A stretch of DNA of 64,000 bases from Chloropicon primus (GCA_023205875.1 CP060760.1:310001-374000); one strand, 5' to 3'; positions 1-11,269 are shown, counted from the stretch's first letter. Numbers and translations are program-made. The notes: generated from the sequence alone by a model not told the origin.

Positions 1-2
1 AA

Positions 3-710
3 GTGTCGTGGGAGGTCAAGCACCAGGAGGAGAAGTTTGTTGTTCCTTGTCAGATCTCTTCCGTGTTGGGTGTGCAGGTGGACACGAAGACGAACATCAT
101 TTCAAGGCTGTGGAACTACATGAAGCTGAAGGGGTCAGCCACGACGAACGAGGCGGCTGCTGTGGAGTTCACCAACCCGAGCATAAAGGCGTTCTTCGCC
201 GAGGGGGAGAAGACTTCGGACTTGAAGCTTCCGGTGATTGGTCAGAAGTTGCGGAAGGCCTTGGTGCCTTCGAAGCGACCATGCCTGGAGTACACCATAC
301 CGAGGGCAGATGATGACCAGGGGATCGACGACGTGAAGTCCCTCTCGTTCGTGGTCAGAATTCCTTCCAAGTCCTTCGCCGCGACCCTTTCGGACGCGGA
401 CAAGCTGTTGAAGAAGGTCAAGAACACAAGGGCGTTCGACCTGATGGACAAGGACATCAAGAGGCTCGTGGACGAGATCAACGAGAGGAAGAGGAGGAGA
501 AACTTTTATTTGGGGTTCTCGCAGTCCCCCGTGGACTTTGTGACGAGCTTGATAGAGTCCCAGCAGAGAGATCTCAACCAGATGATGAATTACGAGGCGA
601 CCGATATTCACCAGAGGTCCCACATTTTCCGGGACGCGTGGGTACACGACGCCTCCATCAGGTACCTCCACCAGAGGATCGCGGGCAACGAGAACGGAAG
701 CCAAAACTGA
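3..710 (+). CDS. SWI/SNF BAF60/SWP73 (SMARCD) family subunit, 3' part; 5' end lies outside the window
   Basis: SWIB-like segment (IISRLWNYMK) and the conserved BAF60 C-terminus KRRRNFYLGFSQSPVDFVTSLIESQQRDL...WVHDASIRYL. Confidence 0.85.
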   Translation: MSWEVKHQEEKFVVPCQISSVLGVQVDTKTNIISRLWNYMKLKGSATTNEAAAVEFTNPSIKAFFAEGEKTSDLKLPVIGQKLRKALVPSKRPCLEYTIPRADDDQGIDDVKSLSFVVRIPSKSFAATLSDADKLLKKVKNTRAFDLMDKDIKRLVDEINERKRRRNFYLGFSQSPVDFVTSLIESQQRDLNQMMNYEATDIHQRSHIFRDAWVHDASIRYLHQRIAGNENGSQN

Positions 711-1259
711 TGGAACAACTGTGATAAAACTGTAGTTATAGATGATGTAGCATTCGCAAGGCCTCAAGGTCAAGTTTGAGCCGACGAAGACCTCAAAAAC
801 GGCATCCGCAGACCTCTCGGATCGAGCAAGAAGATCTGGTGGCCATCCCAAACCCATTGACCTCCACCCACCTTAGCGTTAGTGATGCGCTGTGCGCTTC
901 TCTCTCACGTTTCGTTTTCTGGTGGATTTCTAGGTTTTAGCTGAACCATCATAACGGGCGAACACGAAGGCGAACGAGGATGGGACGAGAGAGAAACGAA
1001 GAGGACGGGAGCGCGAGGAGGGGACACATTGGGGAGTGCTCCTCTTCGTCATGAGAAAAAGCCAAAATGGTCAAAAAGAAGCTCTGGTGAGGACACAGGA
1101 TGGAGCCGGGTGCGAATATGGTGAAGGCGGAGAAAGAGGAGAGGAAAACCACTGGTGAGGGAAAGAAAGGAGGGTAACGCGGCAACAACGGGTGTTTAGC
1201 CAGCAAAATATCCACCATTCGACTCCTTGGTTTAAAGAGATCACCTGGCACGAGGCACC

Positions 1260-3150
1260 CTTTTTTTAGTTTTGATAAATGCAGAATGCGCAAAATATGT
1301 AAAGTATAGAATGCGACAATGCTCCGGACAAATATGGCAAACCTGTTCTCGAACTGACTCCAGTATTCGTTGACCGCGCAATCTTTCCACCACATGCATT
1401 CTTTAATGAAACTCGCAAAGAAGTGCTTGGTGCTTGGCGCTTTTCATGACAAATCTATATGTGTTTCCCCCTGCGCGCCCTCAAAGAGTCACCGTTAAAA
1501 GCCAATTTACTTAATGTAAGCATTTCCTTCAACGCGTGCCTACGTTCTAACCGATGCCAGTGAAAATAGACACACACAGACAAACACCAAAAATATAATT
1601 CCTTCGTAATACCAAATAAACTTTTTTGTATGTCAAGTAACTTGTGGTTTCATCAATATTCATAGATGTTTCCGCAATGCCCTTCTTGAAATATGATATA
1701 ATCGATAATCATTTACTGCTATCACGCAATTATGCTGCTATTATTATTTTGGTTGGGTAACCTGGACTTCGTATCTGGTAAACAACCAAACAAATGCATA
1801 TCATATCTTCTAAAAATATTGTTTCAAGAGCTGTTTAGCAGAAGGTAGCGACTGATTGTCTAATTTCCCATGCCCTTTCATTACAGCATTCATCAGAGCA
1901 TTCAGCGATATTGTCTGCTCAGAACCGAACCAGAATGCAGCCCAATTAATCCCGAGATGACTGCATAAAAATGCATCCCTTTCGGTTTAATAAATTATTC
2001 TTTAAAAGCATTTTGTTTCACTATCAAAGTAAAACCAAATAACTCAAACAATGTAATAACATATTTGGGGGTGCTTTTTAGGGCAATCAGTTGTATTGCA
2101 TGGCATGGCATTACATGGTCAAAAATGGATAGAGATAAACAGGAGGACATGTCTTCAAGAAACAAATTGAGTGCCGCAACAGAAACTGCAGTTAAGCAAC
2201 CATACTTGCATCATCCAAAAGCAATACTTTCTGTACCAAAAATCTTTCTGTTGCATCGCATTGCTTTATTTTTTTGGAAACTTATTAAACTGAAAGAGAA
2301 TGCATATCAAAAGCATATTTATTTGTTTCTTTATGAACGTAAAAGATACCGAAAATGCATATTTTTTCTTACATATTTGTCAGATTATGCAGCTGGGACT
2401 GTCGAATCAATTAAATGACAAATTCAAACAATGAAGATCACCGTACGAGTTTGTAGCGAAGTTGGAATTAATCAATGTTCGAAATTTTTGTTAATGGTAT
2501 ATCAAGGCCAAAACTTAATCAAGAAAGCAAATTCTTCGCTGAAATTCTTATTTTGCTATTGTCAGAATGAACATAGAGAGAGAGAGGACATCTTTTGAAA
2601 TCTAAATGGTATCGGTGAACAACAGCTCAGATTTATTACATGAAAGTTTCATGCAAGTATCATTGCCTTCGTACGAAATAAAGACATGAGAAGTCCTTTG
2701 AGTGTACACTTCTTCGTTAATTTGTTGCTGATGTAAATCTTTTCTTTCAAGCGCGCTAGCATAATTGGGTGGGTGTGCATTTGCGCCCAATAAATGCATT
2801 GCAATGCGCTCAAATTGAAGTTTTCGCTTAAGATAAGATAAGGGGGCGTGAATGCAATAGACCAACATTTCATCTACTATGTTGAAATTTGTCACTCCAG
2901 AGTTGGGTTTGTCAAAAAGGGGCCCTTGACGTGAGGACTGTTGGCCTGCGTGAACCCTGTGGAGAGTTCTGCAAAATGGAAGCGTCTTGATGGGAAACTC
3001 CTTGTTTGATAATTTTTTAGTTTCAGTCTCATACACAGGATGGCATTTCCGCGTTTAATCCAGCTTCTTGCGCATTCCCTTCTGCAGGTCAGGAGCTTAA
3101 ACACACGCATAGCGTGCGCAAGTCATTTGAACATACAAAAGATACAAAAT
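1260..3150. other. AT-rich island without a recognisable gene
   Basis: Hand counts: 1981-2040 is 13/60 GC and 2281-2340 is 15/60 GC, against GC-rich flanking genes. Only short, unrecognised ORFs. Boundaries are approximate. Confidence 0.85.
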
Positions 3151-3156
3151 TATGTT

Positions 3157-4752
3157 TTACACGGTGAAATCAAAAGTGAAAGTAACTTGTTCGGCGTCGT
3201 CGCCTTCCCACAAAGAAGGCCGTGTTTCCCTGACCACGCCTCTTGGGTTTTTGTGCCGACTCTCAAAGTATTCCGTGGCTCTCTTGAGAATTTCCGATGA
3301 TGTCCCGGTTGCTCCTTTTCCACTATGATGCATGTCTCGTAGTAGGAAGACAAGCTCCATGGCCCCGGAGTAATCCAGGTACAGCGAGCATATCACCTTC
3401 CACTCTAGGTACTCTCTGGGCTTCTTGGACGAGAGCTCTTTGGTGAAGACATCGACATTGAACTGGCACCTTTTCCACCAGCTCGCTCTCTCCGACCACA
3501 GCCCGTTGATCTCCGCAAGAACCTCCACTTGAGAGATGTTGGCGACCTCCAAAAAGCCGGCACCGTCCCTCTTGTCCGTTCTCTTGATCTCATCTAAATG
3601 CGTTGCGAGGCGACGCCAAGCTGCTTCGCTAGTGCTGCAAACGTCCAGGTGAATAAAAGCCAGCTTTGTCCCCTCCAGGAGCACGCTGGACTTCCACTCC
3701 GTCTGATCCAACCTTTCCATCCTTTTAGTTTCTATCTTCTCCTCGACAATACGAAGAGCTCGAAGGGGTATCGGGGACGAGGGGGCGTCTTCTGCAAGCT
3801 GCAGCATGCTGGAAAAGACGGCTTTGTTGTCCAGAATCAGGCACATCAAGAGCTCAAGCTTCACAAGATAAGGCTTGTGCGGCATTTTCCTCCTTCCCCT
3901 GTCCCTCTTGTCCTGGGTGGCGGACAAAAGAGTCCCCAGGTCATTCACGGCCAAGTGCAAGTGGAAAAGCCTGCTCAGCACGTCTGCTTCTAGGGTGAGA
4001 TCCATGGGCTCCTGGACATCAAAGTAACGCATGAGGAACCTCATGGCCTCCCTGTGAAGGTCGGAAGTGGATCTATCCCAGCGCTCTGCGCGATCGCTCT
4101 GTAGCTCTGGCGTATACCTCACCATTTCAACGGGGCAAGACATAAGCTCGTTGACATCCAGCGCAAACTCAGGGCCCCGGACGCTCATGCAGTTCCTCCA
4201 CTTCTGGTACACAATAAGGCCAAGGAGAAGGTCGTGGCCAATGCATATCGAGCCTCCCCTCATCTGCTGGACGATCGCAAACGTCCGCCCGGGGTCATCG
4301 TTCACGAGGTGAAGGTCTATGAGCCCGTTCACAACATCAGTCCTCAAGCGAGCTTGGCGTATGAGCGAGTAGACCAGCCTGGTGAAGTTCGACAAGATAT
4401 TGAACGAAAAGCTGTCCGGAAACTGCCGGGCAATCTCGATCACGGCCTTCCAGACATCGACGAGCGTTTCCCTCGAGTGCGTGCTCATCGGGATCTTGGA
4501 CGTGTTGTACCTTTTCCTCTTCCTCTCCGTGTCAACAAACTCGGAGCTTGCAAGCTCCAAAAGTAGCGCCGCCACCTCCGCCGCACAGTGCCACTCCTGC
4601 TGCCTCACGAACCGCTTGGCGAGACCCAGCAGGTTCTCCCTGTGGCTCGTGTGACCGACCCCAACCCACGGCCTCACGACGGCCCTGAACTCCAAGGAGT
4701 ACGGGTGCTCCGAACATAAAGGCCTCGTCGTCGAAAATTCAGGCCGCAGCAT
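3157..4752 (-). CDS. 531-aa helical protein, possible RNA polymerase I factor RRN11/TAF1A-like
   Basis: Long ATG-started ORF. HRENLLGLAKRFVRQQEWHCAAEVAALLL and DVWKAVIEI resemble the N-terminal pattern of Rrn11/TAF1A as I recall it. The CDS is solid; the function is tentative. Confidence 0.5.
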   Translation of the reverse strand: MLRPEFSTTRPLCSEHPYSLEFRAVVRPWVGVGHTSHRENLLGLAKRFVRQQEWHCAAEVAALLLELASSEFVDTERKRKRYNTSKIPMSTHSRETLVDVWKAVIEIARQFPDSFSFNILSNFTRLVYSLIRQARLRTDVVNGLIDLHLVNDDPGRTFAIVQQMRGGSICIGHDLLLGLIVYQKWRNCMSVRGPEFALDVNELMSCPVEMVRYTPELQSDRAERWDRSTSDLHREAMRFLMRYFDVQEPMDLTLEADVLSRLFHLHLAVNDLGTLLSATQDKRDRGRRKMPHKPYLVKLELLMCLILDNKAVFSSMLQLAEDAPSSPIPLRALRIVEEKIETKRMERLDQTEWKSSVLLEGTKLAFIHLDVCSTSEAAWRRLATHLDEIKRTDKRDGAGFLEVANISQVEVLAEINGLWSERASWWKRCQFNVDVFTKELSSKKPREYLEWKVICSLYLDYSGAMELVFLLRDMHHSGKGATGTSSEILKRATEYFESRHKNPRGVVRETRPSLWEGDDAEQVTFTFDFTV

Positions 4753-5067
4753 GACGTCCCCTTCGCTTCACAGGATCACATCCCTCGCAGCAACACAACA
4801 ACGAACCAGTTTCAATCCAAACCAACCCGTCCGTTTTCCACTTTCCATCCCACGATGACGTCCCCTTGTCCCAAGTGAAGGCTCGTTCGAAAGAGCAGAA
4901 CACGATGCTTGTGATGACGCGACGCTCTTCCTCCCTCGCGCCGCCCCTCGCCCTCAATATCGAACAGTCCCCCTACACCTGGGTCCCCTCTCCTCCGACA
5001 GCTCTCGGCTTGAAATTGCGGCAGAACCCAGAGGGCGGCGAAGGTCGAAGAGGTAAGCGATCGCCCA

Positions 5068-5093
<26 letters not shown>
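5068..5093. repeat. (AG)n microsatellite; many similar GA/TC tracts lie in UTRs and introns across the window
   Basis: Perfect AG dinucleotide run. Confidence 0.9.
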
Positions 5094-5104
<11 letters not shown>

Positions 5105-5422
5105 GGAGGATGAAGGCGACTTTGCAAGACTTTTAAGGGTCACATGAACCAACCCCGTGGAGAGGAAGAAAACCAAGCGTTCCTGGCACACCACAATTTA
5201 CTCGTTTTCGTGTGAATTCAGTGAATGTTTCCGATAAAGCTGCGGGCGGGAGATAAACTCAAGTGCCCGCGCCGGTGACATGTCCTGAGACATCCATCAC
5301 CATCGTCGTCGTTGTCGTCGTCGTCGTCGTCGTCGTGAACTCTTTCTTTTCCTCGTCTGACTCTTTTTTTTTGTTCTTTTTGGCAGCAAGAAGTTTGTTT
5401 GATCTCGTTCTCTTCCGCGAAG

Positions 5423-6676
5423 ATGGGAGCAGAGAGGAAGAAGTCCAAGAGGGACAAGAAGAAGGAAAACCCATGGCTGAAGAACGACGGTAAGTCATGC
5501 CACTCGTCGTGAGGATTCACGCTCTATGTCTGTCTCTGTCTCTCTCTCTCTCTCTCTGTGTCTCTCGTTCGTTCTCAATCTCCCTTGTGCTCATGATGCT
5601 CACGCTTTGTATGCCTCGTTCGTTTTCTTCTTCTCTACCCAGTGGACCCGAGCGTCCCGTCACTGAAGACGGAGAACAGGGAGAGGTTGTTTGCTTTCAA
5701 CCTCCCGCAACCACCTGGAGATCCCAAGCTGCTTGAGGTCCCGGTGGACTCGGCCAACGCGAAGATGAAGTTCCAGCCGGGCGTGGGCAAGAGCATCGGC
5801 CACGCTGGAGTCGGCCTTTTGAAGACCAAGCACGTGCACTTGGGGCTCCAAAGGAGGGCGGAGCTTCCGGCGGTCAACCTCGGCGAAGGTCTGAAGCTCC
5901 TGGGCATGGCGCCCTACAACCTGGCGGGCCAAAGGGAGTTGTCTCCGGAGGACCTGGGGATTTTGGACAAGCAGAAGCCGTTCCTGAGCGGCCACGGGGA
6001 CGACCTGCAGCCCAACAGGTCCGCGGCGGCGAGGCTGGACCAGAGCATCTCCGGCAAGATGAGCTGGGTGATGAACACCACGTACATCTCGGTGATGGAC
6101 AGGCAGAAGAAGAAGGGGGCCCGCGAGGGCACGACCGCTATGGACAGGGCCGAGATGGAGGAGGGCTCGTCCGTGGACGTGATCAAGAAGCAGTTCGATT
6201 CCGTCCAAACGGCGCCGAAGCACCCGGCGAAGAGCGGGCTGAAGATGGTGTCGTCCACGCCGATCGTTCCTTACAAGCGCGGGGACCACAACGAGTACCT
6301 GGAGCTCCAGGTGAACGACAGCGACCCGTACCCAACGCGGGGGCACGTCAGGAGCTCCATCTTGAAGCAGTGCACGATCACCACGGACGATCACGCCGAG
6401 CCCGTGGAAGTCTCCATGCTCATGCTGCCGGAAGGCTCAAAGGGTGAGACCGAGGACGGCACGCAGGAGACCTACAAGCTCGTGAGCGGCTTCAAGTACG
6501 GCCTGGCCCCCTCGCGGGACAGGTTCATGTTCATGCTTAGCGAGGACAAGGTCGAGTACGTCGACTTCTCGGCGAAGATTTTCTTGTCCAAGCTCCAGAC
6601 GAAGAACAAGGAGGTTACGGACGTCCTCTCGAGCGTCAGGAAGAGCTCCCCGGTCCTCAAGAGGAAGAGGCAGTGA
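5423..6676 (+). CDS. PAF1: RNA polymerase II-associated factor 1 (PAF1/ELF7); join(5423..5489,5643..6676)
   Basis: Motifs NLPQPPGDPKLL, SWVMNTTYIS and HPAKSGLKMVSSTPIVP match PAF1. A phase-1 GTAAGT...CCCAG intron joins ATG 5423 (MGAERKKSK...) in frame. Confidence 0.85.
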
Positions 6677-7384
6677 TGGTGGCAGGCGAGGAAGACGGAG
6701 GGGGAGGAGGATGGGAGACGTGCGGAGCTCTCTCTCTCTTTCTTACATCTTAATTGTCTTATTTTTTAAACCGACTCTAGACAAACAAAAAACTTTCTAC
6801 TTTCTTTCTTGAGAGAGACAGAGAGAGAGAGACAGAGAGAGAAACGCAACCACGGCCCTGGCACTCGCCGCTTTTACTTTGAGGCCCAGGATCTGAACGT
6901 GGCCAGCATCCGTCCCGACCAGGAGAACCTCTCCGACCCAGCGGCTGCCCTCGACTGGTTCGCCGAGGCGATCTGCTGCTTCCTATAACTTGGCTCGCGG
7001 CGGAATTGATTGCCGCACTGAGCTCTCTGGGCTGCAACCATGTTGCTCTGCGACATGGCGGTGACAATCATTTCGTGAGAGCGTGAGAGAGGAGTCCGAG
7101 ATAGCGTGAGCGAGGGCGTGAGCGCGAGCTGTGAGAAGGTCACACCACACCCTCCCCCGCCAGGCCTCCCAGACGAAAAAAGGTCACGCCCGTGATTTCA
7201 TCTCTCCTCTCCTAACGTTACACTTTTTGTAACGGATTTCGCACCATTTTTGTAAATTCGCGCCAAATTTTTTTTAATCGATCGGGGCCGAAAGAGCGGA
7301 GAGAGTGAATCCGAGTCCTCAGGGAAAAGAACAACAAGATGAACATGTAAGGAACTACTTGTTTGATGTACATAAAATTTCAGT

Positions 7385-10300
7385 TCAAGCAGCGAATGCT
7401 TTCAAGTCCAGGGTGAAGCTGTTAGAAAAGCCCGACTCCGGATTTCTTGTCACGCCATGCAGGCAATCGGCCTTGTCGTAGAAGGTGTCCTTGAGCGAGA
7501 TCACGATGGTCTGGAACTGCTTGGACCTCCCTCTGAGAAACCTGGCCACCCTCGAAACGTTCGTAGAGTCCAGCGCGGCATCGATCTCATCGAGAACGAA
7601 GAACTCGGCGTCTCCGGGACTGCTCAAGTTGATCGCAAACAGGAGAGCAAGTGCGGCCACTGTCTTTTCCCCGCCACTCAGATCAGTCATGTCCCTGAAC
7701 CTCTTAGTGGGAGGCATGGCAGTGTACTTGATTCCCGCAAGGTATGGCTCATCAGGGTTCTCCAAGCTCAGGTAGGCTGTGCCCCCAATGTCCCCCCCCC
7801 GCCCAGAGCCTCCAGTCAATTCCTTGTAGATGGAATCTATGCTGGAGGTGACAGCCTCAAACGTCTTCATAAACGCTTTGCATCTCTTGTTCTTGATCAC
7901 CGTGAATTCCTTTGAGATGGCGTCACACTCTTTCCTCGCACTCTCAAGCTCCTCTCCAAGCTCCTTCTCCTGCTCTACAGTCTTCTCGTACTGCTCGGCG
8001 GCTTTCAGGTTTGGATTCTCTCTTTCTAGCTCGACCTGCATATTTTGGATCTCTTCCTTCTTGATCTCCTCGAAATTCTGCTTGTCCTTCGCATTCGCGA
8101 GGGACTTCACCGAGGCGTCGAGTGAATCAAACACGTACGACTTCCCGCCGATGACAAGACCTTCCAGAGGATTGCTCACTTTCTTTGTTGAGGTGGGCAG
8201 TTTGACATGGTCGATAACTGCAGATTGCAGGATGTCCTCACACTCCGTCCTGTGCTGCTCGATGCTGTTCTCTTTGGTCTCAATCTTCCTGGACGCTTCT
8301 TTCAGATTCTTTGAAACCTCAGTGAACTTGGACTTCGCAGCCTTGGTCTTTTCGTCGGCATCGCTGTGCTGCTTCTGGAGTTCTGCCAACTCATTCTCAA
8401 GATTGATGATTGATTCCTTCTCCACCTTGCTCTTTCCGATCAGCTCTTTCTCTTTCTTCTTGAGCTTCTCGAGCTTGGTTGTGTCCTGAGAGATCTGCTT
8501 CTCCATTTTCTCCAATGGCTTTGCCGTGTCCCTCTTTCTCTCGTACTGAAGTTGGGACCTGATCTTGCTCAGCTCGGTGTTGAAAAGAAGTCTCTTCTCA
8601 CGAATCTCGTGCTGCTCCTTCAGTTGAAGCTCCTCGTACTCCCTGATGTTCTTGACGCCGACTTTGCGACTGAAGTCCTTGAAGACGGTGTCAGTAATCT
8701 CGTTCAGCTGAGCATCAATCTTCTCAGAGTCCTTGTTGTGCTTGTCGACCTTGTCACGGCAGGCTTTCAGAAGTGGAACATGCTTGCTCTTCTTCTCCTG
8801 CACTGCTGCAACCTCTTTCACGAGGTGCCTGCTCTTGTCCTTCTGAGCTTTCGATTCGGCCTTGAGGTACGAGAGCTGCTGCTGAAAGCCTTCAATTGCC
8901 TTTTGGTTCTCTTGCTCATCTGCTATCATCTGATTCAGTGATGGCAGCTGCCTGTACTCGGCCGAAAGAGACTCGTAGGACTTTTTGATGTTCTGCACAT
9001 GGGCCTCATTCCACCGCTGCACAAGCCTCTCCATGCCTTGACTCTTACCGCCCGTGATTGTTCCTGCCTTGTCAAAGAGGGTGCCATCCTCCGTTACGAC
9101 CTTGTGCCGCTCCCTTCCGTAGGCCAAAGACTTGGCTTCTACATGGCTCTCACACACCACGGTGCTCCCGCAGACAAACCGCACCACGCGTTCAAACTGA
9201 GGACTGAACTGAACGATGTCATAAGCTAGCTTGGAGGTTCCACCCAAGTTCCTGCTCATCTCATTGATTGGCCTTGCTTTGATAGTCCGAAGCGGGAGGA
9301 ACATCATGGGCGGGAGGAAGTGGTTCTTCAGCCACTGAATGCACTCCTTCGCCGTCGACACATCTTCCACCACAACTGCGTCCATGTTTTTCCCCAAGGC
9401 CACAGTGATTGCAAGGGTGTACTTGCTCTCAGATATCTTGCACAGCTCAGAGAGCCTTCCATAGACTCCAGTGATAGTCTGCTTGAGGTTTGTGATAGCG
9501 GTAAACATTCTCGCATCCCTTTCTCTTTGCTTTTTGTAGGATTTTGCTTCCCTCATTTCCCCCTCCAGCTCGCCCAGCTTTGATTGAAGCTGATCCCTCC
9601 TGGCCGAGTTCTTCTTGTGCCCTTGGCTCAGCTGCTTTTGCTCCTTCTGCTGGTGCTTGAGCTTGCCTTCGACCTCCTTCAGAGACTCGTCCTTGGAAGA
9701 CAAGTTCCTGTTCACTTCCTCGTTTTCCGCCTCGAGCTGCTGAAGGGTCTGGTTCAGCTCGCGAGCTTCTGACTCCAGGGCAACCAGGGTGTCCTTCTCC
9801 GCCTCCTTGCGCCTTTCCAGAGCATCCTTATCCTGCTGGAGGATCGCACTCTGCTTGCCGGCCTCCGCTTTCAGGGAGTTGTACTCGTCCTCGTCCGCGG
9901 CTTTGACTTTTCCTTCCTTGCTCTTACCGCTCGCGCTGGCCTCCAAGTCGGCCAGGTCCTTCTCCTTCAATGCGGCCTGCTCCTCCAAGCTCTCGATTTC
10001 CTCGACGTGCTGCTTGTTCTGCTCGGTCAATTTCTTGACCTTGGCCTCGTTGCTCCTCAGCTTCTTGATGGTCTGGTTGATCTCACCCTCCACGTGCTTC
10101 AGTGACACCGCAGACCCGTTCTGGCTCGCCTGCTTCTTGGCTTTCGAAAGCGCTTTGGCCACTTTGGTGCTCGACCTCTGCACCTTGCCGCTCTGCGCCC
10201 TCGCCTCGTTGAGCTCCTTCTCCAAGCCGCTGCACTCTTCCGTGAGCGACGCCACGGTTTCCTCCAGCTCCCCCTTCTCTTCCACCTTGTCGTTGATCTG

Positions 10301-11269
10301 CTGGGCTTGGAAGTACAGCTTCGCCAGCGCAAGCTCGGCCTTGACCTCCTCCAGGCGCTTCGTCTTCTGCACGAACCTGTCCGCTTCCTCCTTCTGGGCT
10401 TTCATGTCCCTCTTCTCGGCGGCGACCCCCCTCTTCTTGGAGTAGGCCAAAGAAGTCTTCTCGTCCGCCTCGCGCTTCTGAGCCAGCAAGCCGTCGTACG
10501 CCTCCTTCATCAGGATGCTCCCGCTCGAGTGCTCGAAGAGCGTACAGAGCTCCTTGGACGTCCGGGCGGCGAGGCCGTCCACTTCACCCTGAAACACAAA
10601 GAGGAAGCTGCTGCCGCAGAGGGGGGCCACCTCGTCCGCACCGCTTTCCCCGCCGTCCTGATCCGCCCCGCCCTCGCTCGAGACGCTGGTTCCGAGGTTG
10701 TAGCTCTTGATCGACGAGTTGCAGAGGATTCCCGCGCGCTGGAGCTCGCCCTTGTAGGCCTCCCACGCCACCCTCCTCCCGTTCACGCGGTACTCGCACG
10801 TCCCCCTCGTGTTGCACGAGCGCTGGATCTCTAGCCTTCTTCCCTGGCCCCCCTCGCCGTCGAGTGTCGAGAGGTGGGCGGACACCACCGCCTCGCGGGG
10901 GCCCGACCCCTCGCCGTCCTCGTCCTCCCCGTCCTGCTCCCCGGCCTTGGGCGTGTGGACCAAGTCCTTGAAGGAAGACGCGCACCTCAGGTCCTTCGAC
11001 TTGCTTCCGAGGACGAACGCGATCGCGTCCATCACGTTGCTCTTCCCGGAACCGTTCGGCCCGATCACCGCGTTCACTCCCTCGTCGAACGGCCCAAGCT
11101 TGTGCGTACCAGCATAACTCTTGAAGTCCGTGAGCTCTATCCACTCCAAACGGTAACCCTCTCCGGATGTCCTCACCCTCGAAGGAGAAACAGATCCTGC
11201 TCCAGCTTCGGCCTGACCCTCCGCACTCCCACCACTCCTGCCCCTACGCGAGGACCTGACGCCGACCAT
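7385..11269 (-). CDS. SMC1: Cohesin subunit SMC1
   Basis: FKSY, Walker A GPNGSGKSN, hinge GVYGRLSELC, YTAMPPTKRFRDM, signature LSGGEKTVAALALLF, Walker B FFVLDEIDAALD. First ATG is at 11269. Confidence 0.95.
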   Translation of the reverse strand: MVGVRSSRRGRSGGSAEGQAEAGAGSVSPSRVRTSGEGYRLEWIELTDFKSYAGTHKLGPFDEGVNAVIGPNGSGKSNVMDAIAFVLGSKSKDLRCASSFKDLVHTPKAGEQDGEDEDGEGSGPREAVVSAHLSTLDGEGGQGRRLEIQRSCNTRGTCEYRVNGRRVAWEAYKGELQRAGILCNSSIKSYNLGTSVSSEGGADQDGGESGADEVAPLCGSSFLFVFQGEVDGLAARTSKELCTLFEHSSGSILMKEAYDGLLAQKREADEKTSLAYSKKRGVAAEKRDMKAQKEEADRFVQKTKRLEEVKAELALAKLYFQAQQINDKVEEKGELEETVASLTEECSGLEKELNEARAQSGKVQRSSTKVAKALSKAKKQASQNGSAVSLKHVEGEINQTIKKLRSNEAKVKKLTEQNKQHVEEIESLEEQAALKEKDLADLEASASGKSKEGKVKAADEDEYNSLKAEAGKQSAILQQDKDALERRKEAEKDTLVALESEARELNQTLQQLEAENEEVNRNLSSKDESLKEVEGKLKHQQKEQKQLSQGHKKNSARRDQLQSKLGELEGEMREAKSYKKQRERDARMFTAITNLKQTITGVYGRLSELCKISESKYTLAITVALGKNMDAVVVEDVSTAKECIQWLKNHFLPPMMFLPLRTIKARPINEMSRNLGGTSKLAYDIVQFSPQFERVVRFVCGSTVVCESHVEAKSLAYGRERHKVVTEDGTLFDKAGTITGGKSQGMERLVQRWNEAHVQNIKKSYESLSAEYRQLPSLNQMIADEQENQKAIEGFQQQLSYLKAESKAQKDKSRHLVKEVAAVQEKKSKHVPLLKACRDKVDKHNKDSEKIDAQLNEITDTVFKDFSRKVGVKNIREYEELQLKEQHEIREKRLLFNTELSKIRSQLQYERKRDTAKPLEKMEKQISQDTTKLEKLKKKEKELIGKSKVEKESIINLENELAELQKQHSDADEKTKAAKSKFTEVSKNLKEASRKIETKENSIEQHRTECEDILQSAVIDHVKLPTSTKKVSNPLEGLVIGGKSYVFDSLDASVKSLANAKDKQNFEEIKKEEIQNMQVELERENPNLKAAEQYEKTVEQEKELGEELESARKECDAISKEFTVIKNKRCKAFMKTFEAVTSSIDSIYKELTGGSGRGGDIGGTAYLSLENPDEPYLAGIKYTAMPPTKRFRDMTDLSGGEKTVAALALLFAINLSSPGDAEFFVLDEIDAALDSTNVSRVARFLRGRSKQFQTIVISLKDTFYDKADCLHGVTRNPESGFSNSFTLDLKAFAA

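Noticed and set aside
2065..3036. Short ORFs within the AT island as genes
   Set aside because: No recognisable domains, and codon usage is unlike the neighbouring genes.
6850..7080. SRP RNA or RNase MRP-like ncRNA
   Set aside because: Only loose GGAAGCAG-like words. I could not build SRP helix 8 or the MRP conserved regions.
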